Below, piece by piece: positions 7,620 through 15,393 of a stretch of DNA of 17,139 nucleotides (positions are counted from its first letter, which is position 1; every line of letters starts with the position of its first letter). The stretch covers positions 1 through 17,139 of the forward strand of contig JAZDJU010000028.1 of assembly GCA_043803685.1 (NCBI GenBank), in the 5' to 3' direction. The notes beneath the pieces were generated by a model that did not search any database, was not told where the DNA came from, and saw nothing but the letters and a program-made list of their open reading frames with translations. This stretch comes from Candidatus Omnitrophota bacterium (lineage in GTDB: Bacteria > Omnitrophota > Omnitrophia > Omnitrophales > Aquincolibacteriaceae). A program made the translations under genes and the position numbers.

Positions 7620-8813
7620 ATGAAAAAAGTTATTAAGTTCGGAATTATTTTTTGTTTAGTGGTTGTTGTATCGCCTAGATTGGGCGAGGCGGAGGGGGAA
7701 TTTCTGTCGCAAGAGGACAAAAATATTGGCATTGAAGTAACCGCGGATAAAACTACTGTATCTGTTAACGAGAAGATCAAATTAAATTACAATTTATATA
7801 CTCGCTACGACGTCCGATACGAAGGATTCGAAACCGAAGGACGCTTCAGAGGTTTTGAGCTGGATACGCCCCCTTTGGGGAGCGAAATCCCAAGAGAAGT
7901 TGCGAAGGTGAATGGGAAGAAATATGTTAAAGCGTGTGTCAAAACAATGTTTCTTTCTCCGATTTATGGGGGTGATTTGGTTGTCAATCCAGGGACTGCG
8001 AAGGTTGGGATTGCAGAAGAGTCAAAAATGAGGGCGTTTTTTGGACTCGGCCCTAACCAAAACAAAAGGCGAGCCGCCCTTCTTGATTTAAAGCCCATTG
8101 TTATTCATGTCAATAATCCTACAGGAAAATCCAAGGAGGAATTCCTCAATGAATTTTCTAACCGACATGGAGCAACAACCCAATTGCCGCCTGTAAAAAC
8201 AGACAAAACAATCGTGATTATCCTGCTGGATATTTCCGGCTCGATGCTGGCAGAGGATATGCAACCCAAGAATCGTCTTACTTCTGCGAAAGCAGCCATT
8301 GCGAAATTTCTTCAGGCGAATCCTGATAAAATGATCGGGCTTAAATGCTTTGCGAAAGGCGTGGTTACGGTCAGTTCAGTAACCCAGCCGAACAGCGAAG
8401 TTGTGAAAGCTCTCGAGGGCGTCCACTCAGGATTAATCGAAAAAGATGGGACCTCTCTTGGCGATGCTATCTTTGAAGCCACAAAGGAACTGGGGGGTTA
8501 TGCTGGAAATAAAAAAGAGATCATCCTTCTTACAGATGGTATGAATAACAACAGTCTCTTGGATCCGTTAACCGCCATTGATTTTGCATTTAAGGATCAT
8601 ATTGTTGTCCACACTATCGCTCTTGGCACTAAAGGACCTGTTCCATATCCCGATCCCAAAGATGGGAATAAAAAAATAATGATGGATGCGGGAATTGATG
8701 AGCAAGTATTAGCTGAAATAGCTAAAGAAACTGGCGGCAAATTCGGTGTGGCGAAAAGCGAGGTGGAATTGGAAGGCCTATTAAATGAAATTCAAAAAAT
8801 GCTAACTAAGTAA
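7620..8813 (+). CDS. Exported protein with a BatD-like N-terminal beta domain fused to a BatA-type von Willebrand factor A domain
   Basis: CAGGAGG RBS before ATG 7620 and a signal peptide. EVTADKTTVSVNEKIKLNYNLY..REVAKVNGKKY is BatD-like. MIDAS DISGS, GTSLGDAI and LLTDG are vWA motifs. Confidence 0.85.
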   Translation: MKKVIKFGIIFCLVVVVSPRLGEAEGEFLSQEDKNIGIEVTADKTTVSVNEKIKLNYNLYTRYDVRYEGFETEGRFRGFELDTPPLGSEIPREVAKVNGKKYVKACVKTMFLSPIYGGDLVVNPGTAKVGIAEESKMRAFFGLGPNQNKRRAALLDLKPIVIHVNNPTGKSKEEFLNEFSNRHGATTQLPPVKTDKTIVIILLDISGSMLAEDMQPKNRLTSAKAAIAKFLQANPDKMIGLKCFAKGVVTVSSVTQPNSEVVKALEGVHSGLIEKDGTSLGDAIFEATKELGGYAGNKKEIILLTDGMNNNSLLDPLTAIDFAFKDHIVVHTIALGTKGPVPYPDPKDGNKKIMMDAGIDEQVLAEIAKETGGKFGVAKSEVELEGLLNEIQKMLTK

Positions 8814-8833
8814 GGGCACAGTGTGATTATTGT

Positions 8834-8914
8834 GGAACGGTACCGGGTACGCAGGGGACGCGTTGAAGGGGATATTTTGGCATGATCAGCCTGGCTCTTT
8901 GGTAACCGGTATAC
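8834..8914. repeat. About 80-bp dispersed hairpin repeat, copy 2 (no insertion)
   Basis: Homologous to 5485-5544 plus 5587-5607; the ends TACCGGGTAC...GTAACCGGTA are imperfect inverted repeats. Confidence 0.85.
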
Positions 8915-8933
8915 GGTATAGAGGAGACCCGCC

Positions 8934-9647
8934 ATGAAGAAGCTGATCTTGCCTGCGTTCCTCTTTTTTATTCTTTCCCTTCTTGCAAACCCCTGCCTGG
9001 CCGCCGACCCTCTCACAGCGATCGACATTCTCCTTGAGCCTGACGATACCATGGTCGCGCAAGCCCATGCGGACAACGCGCGCCTTCGTGAAAACTACCC
9101 TGAGGGGTTTGCCCTGGATGCGACGCACGTCCCGCACATCTCTGTCCTCCAATGCTACGTTCACACGAATGATCTCGATAAAGTTTTCGCGGCCGTGAGG
9201 CGGGTCATCAATGCTCAGAAACCTCTCGGGATGGAGCTGAAGACCGCGGGTTACTTCGCAGCCCCTTGGGCGGGGTTAGGGTTGGCCGGCATCACCGTGA
9301 TGCCGACACCGCAGCTGCGCAAGTATCAAGAAGCGATCCTGTCCGCCGTTTCGCCGTTTATTGCGAGGGACGGAACGGTTGCGGCACTTGTCCCTAATGA
9401 AGACGGCAAGCCCTCCGACGAGACCATCGCGTCCTATATCAACACCTTTGCTTCCAGACAGACCGGAAAGAATTATAGCCCGCATGTCACGATCGGGTTG
9501 GGGAGGGAGGACTTTGCCCGAGAGATGACGGCGGCTTCTTATACCTCGTTCACATTCAAGATCAAGGACGTGGGTATCTACCAACTTGGAGATTACGGAA
9601 CCGCCCGGAAGAAACTCTGGCCGTCATCTCAGGGATATCGTTCGTAA
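8934..9647 (+). CDS. Secreted 2H phosphoesterase (2'-5' RNA ligase-like superfamily)
   Basis: Two Hx(S/T) motifs (PHISV, PHVTI), a signal peptide ending CLA, and a GAGGAG RBS. Confidence 0.85.
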   Translation: MKKLILPAFLFFILSLLANPCLAADPLTAIDILLEPDDTMVAQAHADNARLRENYPEGFALDATHVPHISVLQCYVHTNDLDKVFAAVRRVINAQKPLGMELKTAGYFAAPWAGLGLAGITVMPTPQLRKYQEAILSAVSPFIARDGTVAALVPNEDGKPSDETIASYINTFASRQTGKNYSPHVTIGLGREDFAREMTAASYTSFTFKIKDVGIYQLGDYGTARKKLWPSSQGYRS

Positions 9648-9682
9648 ATGCGAAGACTGGATGCCGTCCCTGCTCCATCTGT

Positions 9683-9739
9683 CGATTTGTGCATAATTTA
9701 ATGCCGATTTGTGCATGATTTTATGGCGATTTGTGCATA
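9683..9739 (+). repeat. 2.6 tandem copies of a 22-bp iteron-like unit, probable operator
   Basis: CGATTTGTGCATAATTTAATGC / CGATTTGTGCATGATTTTATGG / CGATTTGTGCATA, directly upstream of the AAA+ gene. Confidence 0.85.
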
Positions 9740-9775
9740 GGTATGGTACCCTTATATTAGATAAGGGAGGCTCTT

Positions 9776-10999
9776 GTGGGGTATATCGTCAGGCATATAG
9801 AGAAACGAGTGGAAGACGCTCTGACTGTCCATCCAGTCATTGTGCTTTCGGGCCCGAGGCAAGTCGGGAAAAGCACCCTTTTAGAGAATGCAAAATGTCT
9901 CAAGGGCTGGCGGTACATTACGCTGGATGATGCGGACGCTCTCGATCAGGCTCAAGAAGATCCGAAAGGCCTCCTGATGGAGGAAACTCCCACCATTATC
10001 GATGAGATCCAACGCTGTCCCGCCTTGCTTTTGACCGTCAAATATTACGTGGATCGTGCCAAACGAAAAAGAAAGTTCATTCTTTCCGGGTCAGGGAACG
10101 TCAGCCTAAGAAAAGCTCCAAGAGAAACTTTGGCGGGCCGGGCGGCCTATCTTCATATGACCGGCTTTTCACAGGCTGAGATCCAGGCACGGCCAGCAGG
10201 GGGGCTTCTCGATGCAGTTGTTTCCGGGGCGGAGATCAAATCCATTGAGGCGGAGTATGAAGGAACACTTTTGGATACGATCTGGCGTGGGGGGCTTCCA
10301 GCTGTTGTTCTTGCGTCAACTGTGAAGGCAGCGCGTGAAATTATGGCCGGGTATATCGACACTTACATCGAGCGCGATATACAAGACCTTGTCAAAATCA
10401 GATATCCGGAGCATTTTCGACGGCTGATGGAGGCTTTGGCTCAAGCGACGGGGTGGGAAAGCAAGCAAGACGAATTGTCAAAGCAATGTGGCGAAGAACG
10501 TCCCACCGTTAGCCGGCATATCAGTCTTTTGAAGAGCACTCAACTTCTTTATGAGCTTCGCGGCTATTCCGTGAAGGGAGAGCGGACCTATAAACAAGCA
10601 AAGTATTTCTGGTTTGATTCCGGCACGGCTTGTTTTATGGCGGGGTTGCATTCTCCTGCCGATCTGAAAAAGCCGGAGTTGCGGGGCCATTTCTTTGAGA
10701 ATCATGTTTTTCAGCAAATCCTGGCATGGGCGTCCATTCAGACGATCCATCCTGAGCTGTATTATTGGCGCATGAAAAGTGAAGAAAAAAGAGAAGTCGA
10801 TTTTGTGATCCGACATGAGAAAACGGTGTTGCCCGTGGAGGTAAAGTCAGCAAGCTCCCTGGATTTCGGAGATACACGGTCTATTCGTGATTTTCTGAAG
10901 GCCCATCCAGAGGCTAAGAGGGGAGTGATCGTGTATGGCGGCGCGAAGGTGCAACACCTTGCCAGTAACGTTACCGCTATCCCTTGGCATCTGCTTTAG
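9776..10999 (+). CDS. AAA+ ATPase (AAA_14) with a DUF4143 domain and a C-terminal PD-(D/E)XK-like motif
   Basis: Walker A GPRQVGKST, Walker B IIDEIQ, ETLAGRA, GGLP, KYFWFDSG, EVDFV..VEVK. GTG start after GGGAGG. Confidence 0.95.
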   Translation: MGYIVRHIEKRVEDALTVHPVIVLSGPRQVGKSTLLENAKCLKGWRYITLDDADALDQAQEDPKGLLMEETPTIIDEIQRCPALLLTVKYYVDRAKRKRKFILSGSGNVSLRKAPRETLAGRAAYLHMTGFSQAEIQARPAGGLLDAVVSGAEIKSIEAEYEGTLLDTIWRGGLPAVVLASTVKAAREIMAGYIDTYIERDIQDLVKIRYPEHFRRLMEALAQATGWESKQDELSKQCGEERPTVSRHISLLKSTQLLYELRGYSVKGERTYKQAKYFWFDSGTACFMAGLHSPADLKKPELRGHFFENHVFQQILAWASIQTIHPELYYWRMKSEEKREVDFVIRHEKTVLPVEVKSASSLDFGDTRSIRDFLKAHPEAKRGVIVYGGAKVQHLASNVTAIPWHLL

Positions 11000-11067
11000 T
11001 TCCCATATGAATGAATTGTGAAAGTTTGAACTGTGTCGGGATACCGTTCCTGCTGAAAGAGAAACCG

Positions 11068-12264
11068 ATGAGAAAGATCATTTTTTCACTTCTGATGACC
11101 GCGGTTCTATCGGGTCTGAGCCCGGGTTGCGCTTCCTTAAAACGGGGCGAAGGCGTTCCCGCTCCACTGGTCGAACAGGCTGAGATCCCGGGCATGCCGG
11201 GGATCCGGTACCGGGCCCCCCATATGAACGACATGACACTTGAGGCGTTTGAGATGATCCGGCGTCAGAGAGCCTACCGGAAAGAGCAGGGCCTTTCTGA
11301 GGAGCTTCCGCCGGCGCATTTACTCGCGGTCTCGGGCGGCGGGGACAATGGCGCGTTCGGCGCCGGGCTTCTGGTCGGATGGACGAAGAAGGGGGACCGG
11401 CCGGAATTCGATATTGTGACGGGGGTCAGCACGGGAGCTTTGATAGCGCCTTTCGCTTTTCTGGGCCCCAGGTATGACGATCAACTGAGGGCGGTCTACA
11501 CCCGGATCGGTCCCAAGGATATTCTGAAGATGCGGAGCGTGACGGCGGCGCTTTTTAACGATGCCATGGCCGATAACAAGCCCCTTTGGCATCTGGTGGG
11601 ACAGTACATGAATGAAAAAATGCTCGAGGACATCGCGGCAGAATATAAAAAAGGCCGGCTACTCCTTGTGGGGACAACAGACCTCGACGCGCGGCAGGGC
11701 GTGATCTGGAATATGACCCGGATCGCCGCGAGCCACGATCCGAAAGCGCTCGAACTTTTCCGTAAGATCATGATCGCTTCTTCCGCGATCCCGGGAGCGT
11801 TCCCGCCCATGATGATCGATGTTGAGGCGGAGGGCCGGAAGTACCAGGAGATGCACGTGGACGGCGGGGCGACCGCCCAGGTGTTCGTTTATCCTCCGGG
11901 GATCCGTGTCCGGGAATTCCAGAAAGAGGCAGGGACGACGGACCGGAAACGCACGCTTTACATCATTCGCAACAGCCGGCTCGACGCGGACTGGGCTCAA
12001 GTGGCTCGTCAGACACTGAAGATCCTGGGGCGCGCGGTTTCGTCCCTGATCCAGACGCAGGGCCGGGGCGATCTTTATTCGATCTATGTGCTCACGCAAC
12101 GCGATGGGATCCATTACAACCTTGCGTTCATCCCGAAGGATTTCAACGCGCCTCATCCAAAGGATTTTGACCGGGGCTATATGAACAGTCTTTTCAATCG
12201 AGGGTACGAGATGGCAGAACAAGGTTATGTTTGGCAGACGTATCCCCCCGGCTTCGAAGAGTAG
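11068..12264 (+). CDS. Patatin-like phospholipase, probable lipoprotein
   Basis: SGGGDNGAFGAG glycine loop, GVSTG nucleophile elbow, DGG motif, lipobox-like SPGC. Start placed at MRKIIF. Confidence 0.93.
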   Translation: MRKIIFSLLMTAVLSGLSPGCASLKRGEGVPAPLVEQAEIPGMPGIRYRAPHMNDMTLEAFEMIRRQRAYRKEQGLSEELPPAHLLAVSGGGDNGAFGAGLLVGWTKKGDRPEFDIVTGVSTGALIAPFAFLGPRYDDQLRAVYTRIGPKDILKMRSVTAALFNDAMADNKPLWHLVGQYMNEKMLEDIAAEYKKGRLLLVGTTDLDARQGVIWNMTRIAASHDPKALELFRKIMIASSAIPGAFPPMMIDVEAEGRKYQEMHVDGGATAQVFVYPPGIRVREFQKEAGTTDRKRTLYIIRNSRLDADWAQVARQTLKILGRAVSSLIQTQGRGDLYSIYVLTQRDGIHYNLAFIPKDFNAPHPKDFDRGYMNSLFNRGYEMAEQGYVWQTYPPGFEE

Positions 12265-12342
12265 AACGGTACCGTCCCACAAGGAAATTTGTCTAATCCC
12301 ATCCTTCGGGGCAGCCGATACTTTGATGCATAGAACGGTACC
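12262..12342 (+). repeat. 12-bp direct repeat TAGAACGGTACC (12262-12273 and 12331-12342)
   Basis: Exact repeat. Related motifs occur at 5485 and 8834, and inverted at 9632, 9659 and 11039. Confidence 0.7.
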
Positions 12343-12368
12343 ATTCGACTTTATCAAGGGAGGGCGCG

Positions 12369-12761
12369 GTGGCGAAAAAAAAGATCTTATTAGTGGATGA
12401 TGAAAAGGAGCTTCGCGAGGGGTTGGCCATCCTGCTCTGGGCGAAAGGTTTCGAGGTTTTCTCTGCGGGGGATGGTGAAGAGGGGTTGAATGTGGCGCGT
12501 GAGGTGAAGCCCGATCTTATCCTTCTGGATGTGATGATGCCTAAAATGGATGGCTATACATTCGCGAAGCAGATCAAGAACGAAGACTCTATTAGAGACA
12601 CGCCCATCATCGTCGTCACGGCCAAGGATAAGATGGAAGATGTGTTCCAACTCGAAGGGGTGAAGGGATATCTGGTGAAGCCGTTCGGGATCGGAAATCT
12701 TTTGTTTAAGATCAAAGAGATCCTTGGAGATGATACCCAGGCCGAGTCGTACCCTTTTTAG
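12369..12761 (+). CDS. Single-domain response regulator receiver protein
   Basis: ILLVDDE, LILLDVMMPKMDG (phospho-Asp), VVTA and KPF motifs; GTG start after AGGGAGG. No output domain. Confidence 0.93.
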   Translation: MAKKKILLVDDEKELREGLAILLWAKGFEVFSAGDGEEGLNVAREVKPDLILLDVMMPKMDGYTFAKQIKNEDSIRDTPIIVVTAKDKMEDVFQLEGVKGYLVKPFGIGNLLFKIKEILGDDTQAESYPF

Positions 12762-13022
12762 AGGATCGTAGACGGCCCTTCGTCCTGTAGACACGTCCAA
12801 AGTTGCCGCTCCTTTATTTGTCCGGTGCCATTTGCATGAGCCGCGCTTTACAATCCTGCTAATAGCGAATAACCATCGATCTTCCCTTGCCGCTACGCGC
12901 TGTGCGTACAAGTCCTCCCAAAACTGGGATTCCTGAAAAAGCATTCTAATATTGTTATATAATCAATATCGTGGTAAGCTTCTTTCGTCGCTTTTGGGTG
13001 CGACTTTTACAGAGGGAAGACT

Positions 13023-13775
13023 ATGGCTGCAGATAAAAAGGATTTAAAAGAGTGTCTCTATGTTTTCTTGGATGAGGCCGGGAATTTTGATTTTTCGCCC
13101 TCCGGCACGAACTATTTCATGCTTACGAGTCTCTCAAAATACCGCCCGTTCGAGGTTTATAAGTCATTGACTGAACTTAAATATGACTTGATCGAATCCG
13201 GGCAGAACATGGAATGTTTCCATGCTTCCGAAGATTCTCAAACCACGCGGGATCGTGTTTTCAATATCATTTCGACGCATCTGGCCGAGGTTCGTTTGGA
13301 TTGTTTGATCGCCGAGAAAAGGAAGATCGATCCCTGTCTTCACCGGGATGATGAATTCTATCCCCGGATGATCCGTGAGTTGTTGCGGTATGTGCTTGGC
13401 GAAACTGATCTTGGAGCGATCCGCAAGGTCGTGATCATTACGGACCGTATTCCGGTACAGAAAAAGCGTAAGGTGGTGGAAAAGGCGGTCAAGAAGACAC
13501 TTGCGGCGCTTCTTCCGGAAGGACTGTCGTACCATATCCTTCACCATGAAGCGAAGTCGAATATGGATCTGCAGGTCGTGGACTATTGCAATTGGGCGGT
13601 CTACCGGCTTTGGGACCGGAAGGACCCTCGGTCCCATGACCGGATCCGTTCGGCTATTTCGAGTTTGTTGAAATTCGTTTCGGAAGGGAAGGAGATAAAG
13701 GTAGAAAAGACGACCGCTCCGACTACCCTTTCGGGAGGGCCCCATGGGCCCTTGTCATCGGAGCGGAACCTTTGA
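13023..13775 (+). CDS. DUF3800 domain protein (RNase H-like fold, putative nuclease)
   Basis: N-terminal YVFLDEAGN, central FHASED and C-terminal LQVVDY (QxxD) motifs typical of DUF3800. Confidence 0.88.
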   Translation: MAADKKDLKECLYVFLDEAGNFDFSPSGTNYFMLTSLSKYRPFEVYKSLTELKYDLIESGQNMECFHASEDSQTTRDRVFNIISTHLAEVRLDCLIAEKRKIDPCLHRDDEFYPRMIRELLRYVLGETDLGAIRKVVIITDRIPVQKKRKVVEKAVKKTLAALLPEGLSYHILHHEAKSNMDLQVVDYCNWAVYRLWDRKDPRSHDRIRSAISSLLKFVSEGKEIKVEKTTAPTTLSGGPHGPLSSERNL

Positions 13776-13795
13776 AAATCCGTATTCAGAAAACT
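13705..13795 (-). ncRNA. Candidate DUF3800-associated structured RNA (three-way junction), antisense to the DUF3800 3' end
   Basis: Minus strand: CCGCTCCGA-TGACA-AGGGCCC-ATG-GGGCCCT-CCC-GAAA-GGG-TAG-TCGGAGCGG-TCGTCTTTT, i.e. a 9-bp closing stem, a 7-bp stem, a GAAA tetraloop stem and a U-tract. It has its own predicted promoter. Confidence 0.7.
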
Positions 13796-13801
13796 GTCAT
13801 T

Positions 13802-13830
13802 AATATACGGTCCATTTTGATTTTTTTCAA
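13802..13830 (-). promoter_or_regulatory. Sigma70-type promoter for the candidate ncRNA
   Basis: Minus strand TTGAAA (13830-13825), 17 nt, TATATT (13807-13802). No credible protein gene starts downstream of it. Confidence 0.7.
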
Positions 13831-13846
13831 GATGAAATCATAAAAA

Positions 13847-14944
13847 TTATTTTGCCCTTTCCATGACCTTAGACTTCATTTCCTTACGAGTTCGGACGAC
13901 GGCGCTTTTGCCGATGCCGAATCGTTTTTCAAGCTCCGGCGCCGAAAGTGAATCGATAGCAACGCCTTCCTTTTTTAATAATTCCCCTGCGATCGCCAGA
14001 AACGTTTCTGCGGTAGAAACCTTCGCGAGATATTCCGCCGAAAGGAAATGGCCCGGGACGCGGACGCCTTCACCCGGCAACTGCTTCAACTCGATATGGG
14101 CGTTGGCGGCGTAGGGTAACTTAAAGTCGAGAAGGCGGTACCGCTCTGAAAGCTTTTTCAAGACCTTGATCATCTGCCGCCGGACAGTCGAGCGTGTCCA
14201 TTTCCCCGGAAGTTCGAGGGCAAGCCCCGCGGTTTCAAGATCGATCTCAAAGGAATTCGTTCCCGCCGCTTCGGCTTGGCCGAGCAAAAGAAGATAAAAG
14301 TCCGCGGCGCGCGTATCGGAATCATGGATCATTTTCGGTAGAAGGTCTTTTCCAAGGATCGCCACAGGCACCTGGATAATCTCCGGGACTTCGAGGAGGG
14401 GCCTTGAGGGATCTTCTTTCTTGAGAGGAGCGCGCCGCCGGGCTCGGGGAAGTGTCATGGCCGCGATCCGGGCAAGTTTTTTTTCGGCGAAGGCGCGGGA
14501 ATCAACGATCGTCGCCGATTCGAAATTGGACATGAGCGCCGCCTCGCTCCAGTTCATACTGCCGTCCATTACGTAGCGGCCGTCGATCACGATCAGTTTG
14601 TCGTGGAGTCTCCGGGACGGCAGGAGCGCGGTGATCTGGATCCCGGCACGCGTCATACGTTCAAACCAGGGACCGTTGCCGACCTCTGTTTTCGGGCTGA
14701 AGCGGAAGTTGGTGTTCAGGACAAGCCGGACATTCACCCCGCGTTTTCGGGCGCGTAATAGGCCTTCGAGGAGCCGGTTGACTGGATGATGCGTGGCTTC
14801 CGCCTTGTGGCTGGGTTCGATCAGATACAAGGCGATGACGATCTCTTTTTTGGCGCCATCAAAGAGCGCGAGCACGGTTTCCAGATAGTCCCGGTCGCTT
14901 GCGTCCAGGACGCGGGCTTGGGCCCAATTCCAGGAGTTTTTCAT
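13847..14944 (-). CDS. Phospholipase D-like (single HKD) nuclease domain fused to C-terminal putative helix-turn-helix domains
   Basis: LHDKLIVIDGRYVMDGSMNWS is HxKxxxxD..GSxN. C-terminal LSAPELEKRFGIGKSAVVRTRK is HTH-like. Start placed at ATG 14944 after AAGAGGG. Confidence 0.85.
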   Translation of the reverse strand: MKNSWNWAQARVLDASDRDYLETVLALFDGAKKEIVIALYLIEPSHKAEATHHPVNRLLEGLLRARKRGVNVRLVLNTNFRFSPKTEVGNGPWFERMTRAGIQITALLPSRRLHDKLIVIDGRYVMDGSMNWSEAALMSNFESATIVDSRAFAEKKLARIAAMTLPRARRRAPLKKEDPSRPLLEVPEIIQVPVAILGKDLLPKMIHDSDTRAADFYLLLLGQAEAAGTNSFEIDLETAGLALELPGKWTRSTVRRQMIKVLKKLSERYRLLDFKLPYAANAHIELKQLPGEGVRVPGHFLSAEYLAKVSTAETFLAIAGELLKKEGVAIDSLSAPELEKRFGIGKSAVVRTRKEMKSKVMERAK

Positions 14945-14997
14945 CCCTCTTTTTATCGACCCATGAAGACGAATCTTCAGAATTCGCAATCACGATT

Positions 14998-15041
14998 CTC
15001 CCTTCCAAGACCCGGTTCTAGAACCCGGTCTTGGACGGGAG
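14998..15041. repeat. REP-like palindrome, copy 1
   Basis: CTCCCTTCCAAGACCCGGTTCTAGAACCCGGTCTTGGACGGGAG; the core is shared with 16571-16614. Confidence 0.85.
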
Positions 15042-15054
15042 GCTTAGCGGGGAG

Positions 15055-15393
15055 TTACCAGAAAAACCATCGTTTTGCGCGGCGGGTCTGCTGGGGCGTG
15101 GCCACGATCGCACTCGCGGGAGTTCCTGTGCCGGTGGAGCTGACCGAAACAAAATCGGCCTGTCCGGTCCCTTGGGGGGTATAGACCGTGACCGTTTGAT
15201 CCTGGTTTTGGTTCTTCTGTGTGACAGAACTCCAGGTGACATCCTTGTACGGGTCCGGCTGTTCGGTCGTAACACCAGAACTTTTCGATTTAGCCGTGAA
15301 GGCGCACGTTCCTCCGGCCGTGTCTTCACACCAGGCGGGGGATATGGCGCTTAAAAGGAAACAGCCCAAAAGCACGATGGTTTTAGCGCCCAT
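15055..15393 (-). CDS. Small secreted hypothetical protein
   Basis: Signal peptide ending PAWC; CAGGAG RBS; overlaps the end of the upstream small lipoprotein gene. Confidence 0.7.
   Translation of the reverse strand: MGAKTIVLLGCFLLSAISPAWCEDTAGGTCAFTAKSKSSGVTTEQPDPYKDVTWSSVTQKNQNQDQTVTVYTPQGTGQADFVSVSSTGTGTPASAIVATPQQTRRAKRWFFW

Noticed and set aside
9683..9739. CRISPR array
   Set aside because: The unit is only 22 bp, the intervening segments resemble each other rather than being unique spacers, and there are no cas genes in the window.
4739..12368. Integron attC sites
   Set aside because: The intergenic hairpins lack the RYYYAAC...GTTRRRY ends, and no integron integrase is present.
12987..13008. 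Small hairpin GTCGC..GCGAC plus TTTT upstream of DUF3800 as an attenuator
   Set aside because: It has only a 5-bp firm stem, which is too weak to call without conservation data.
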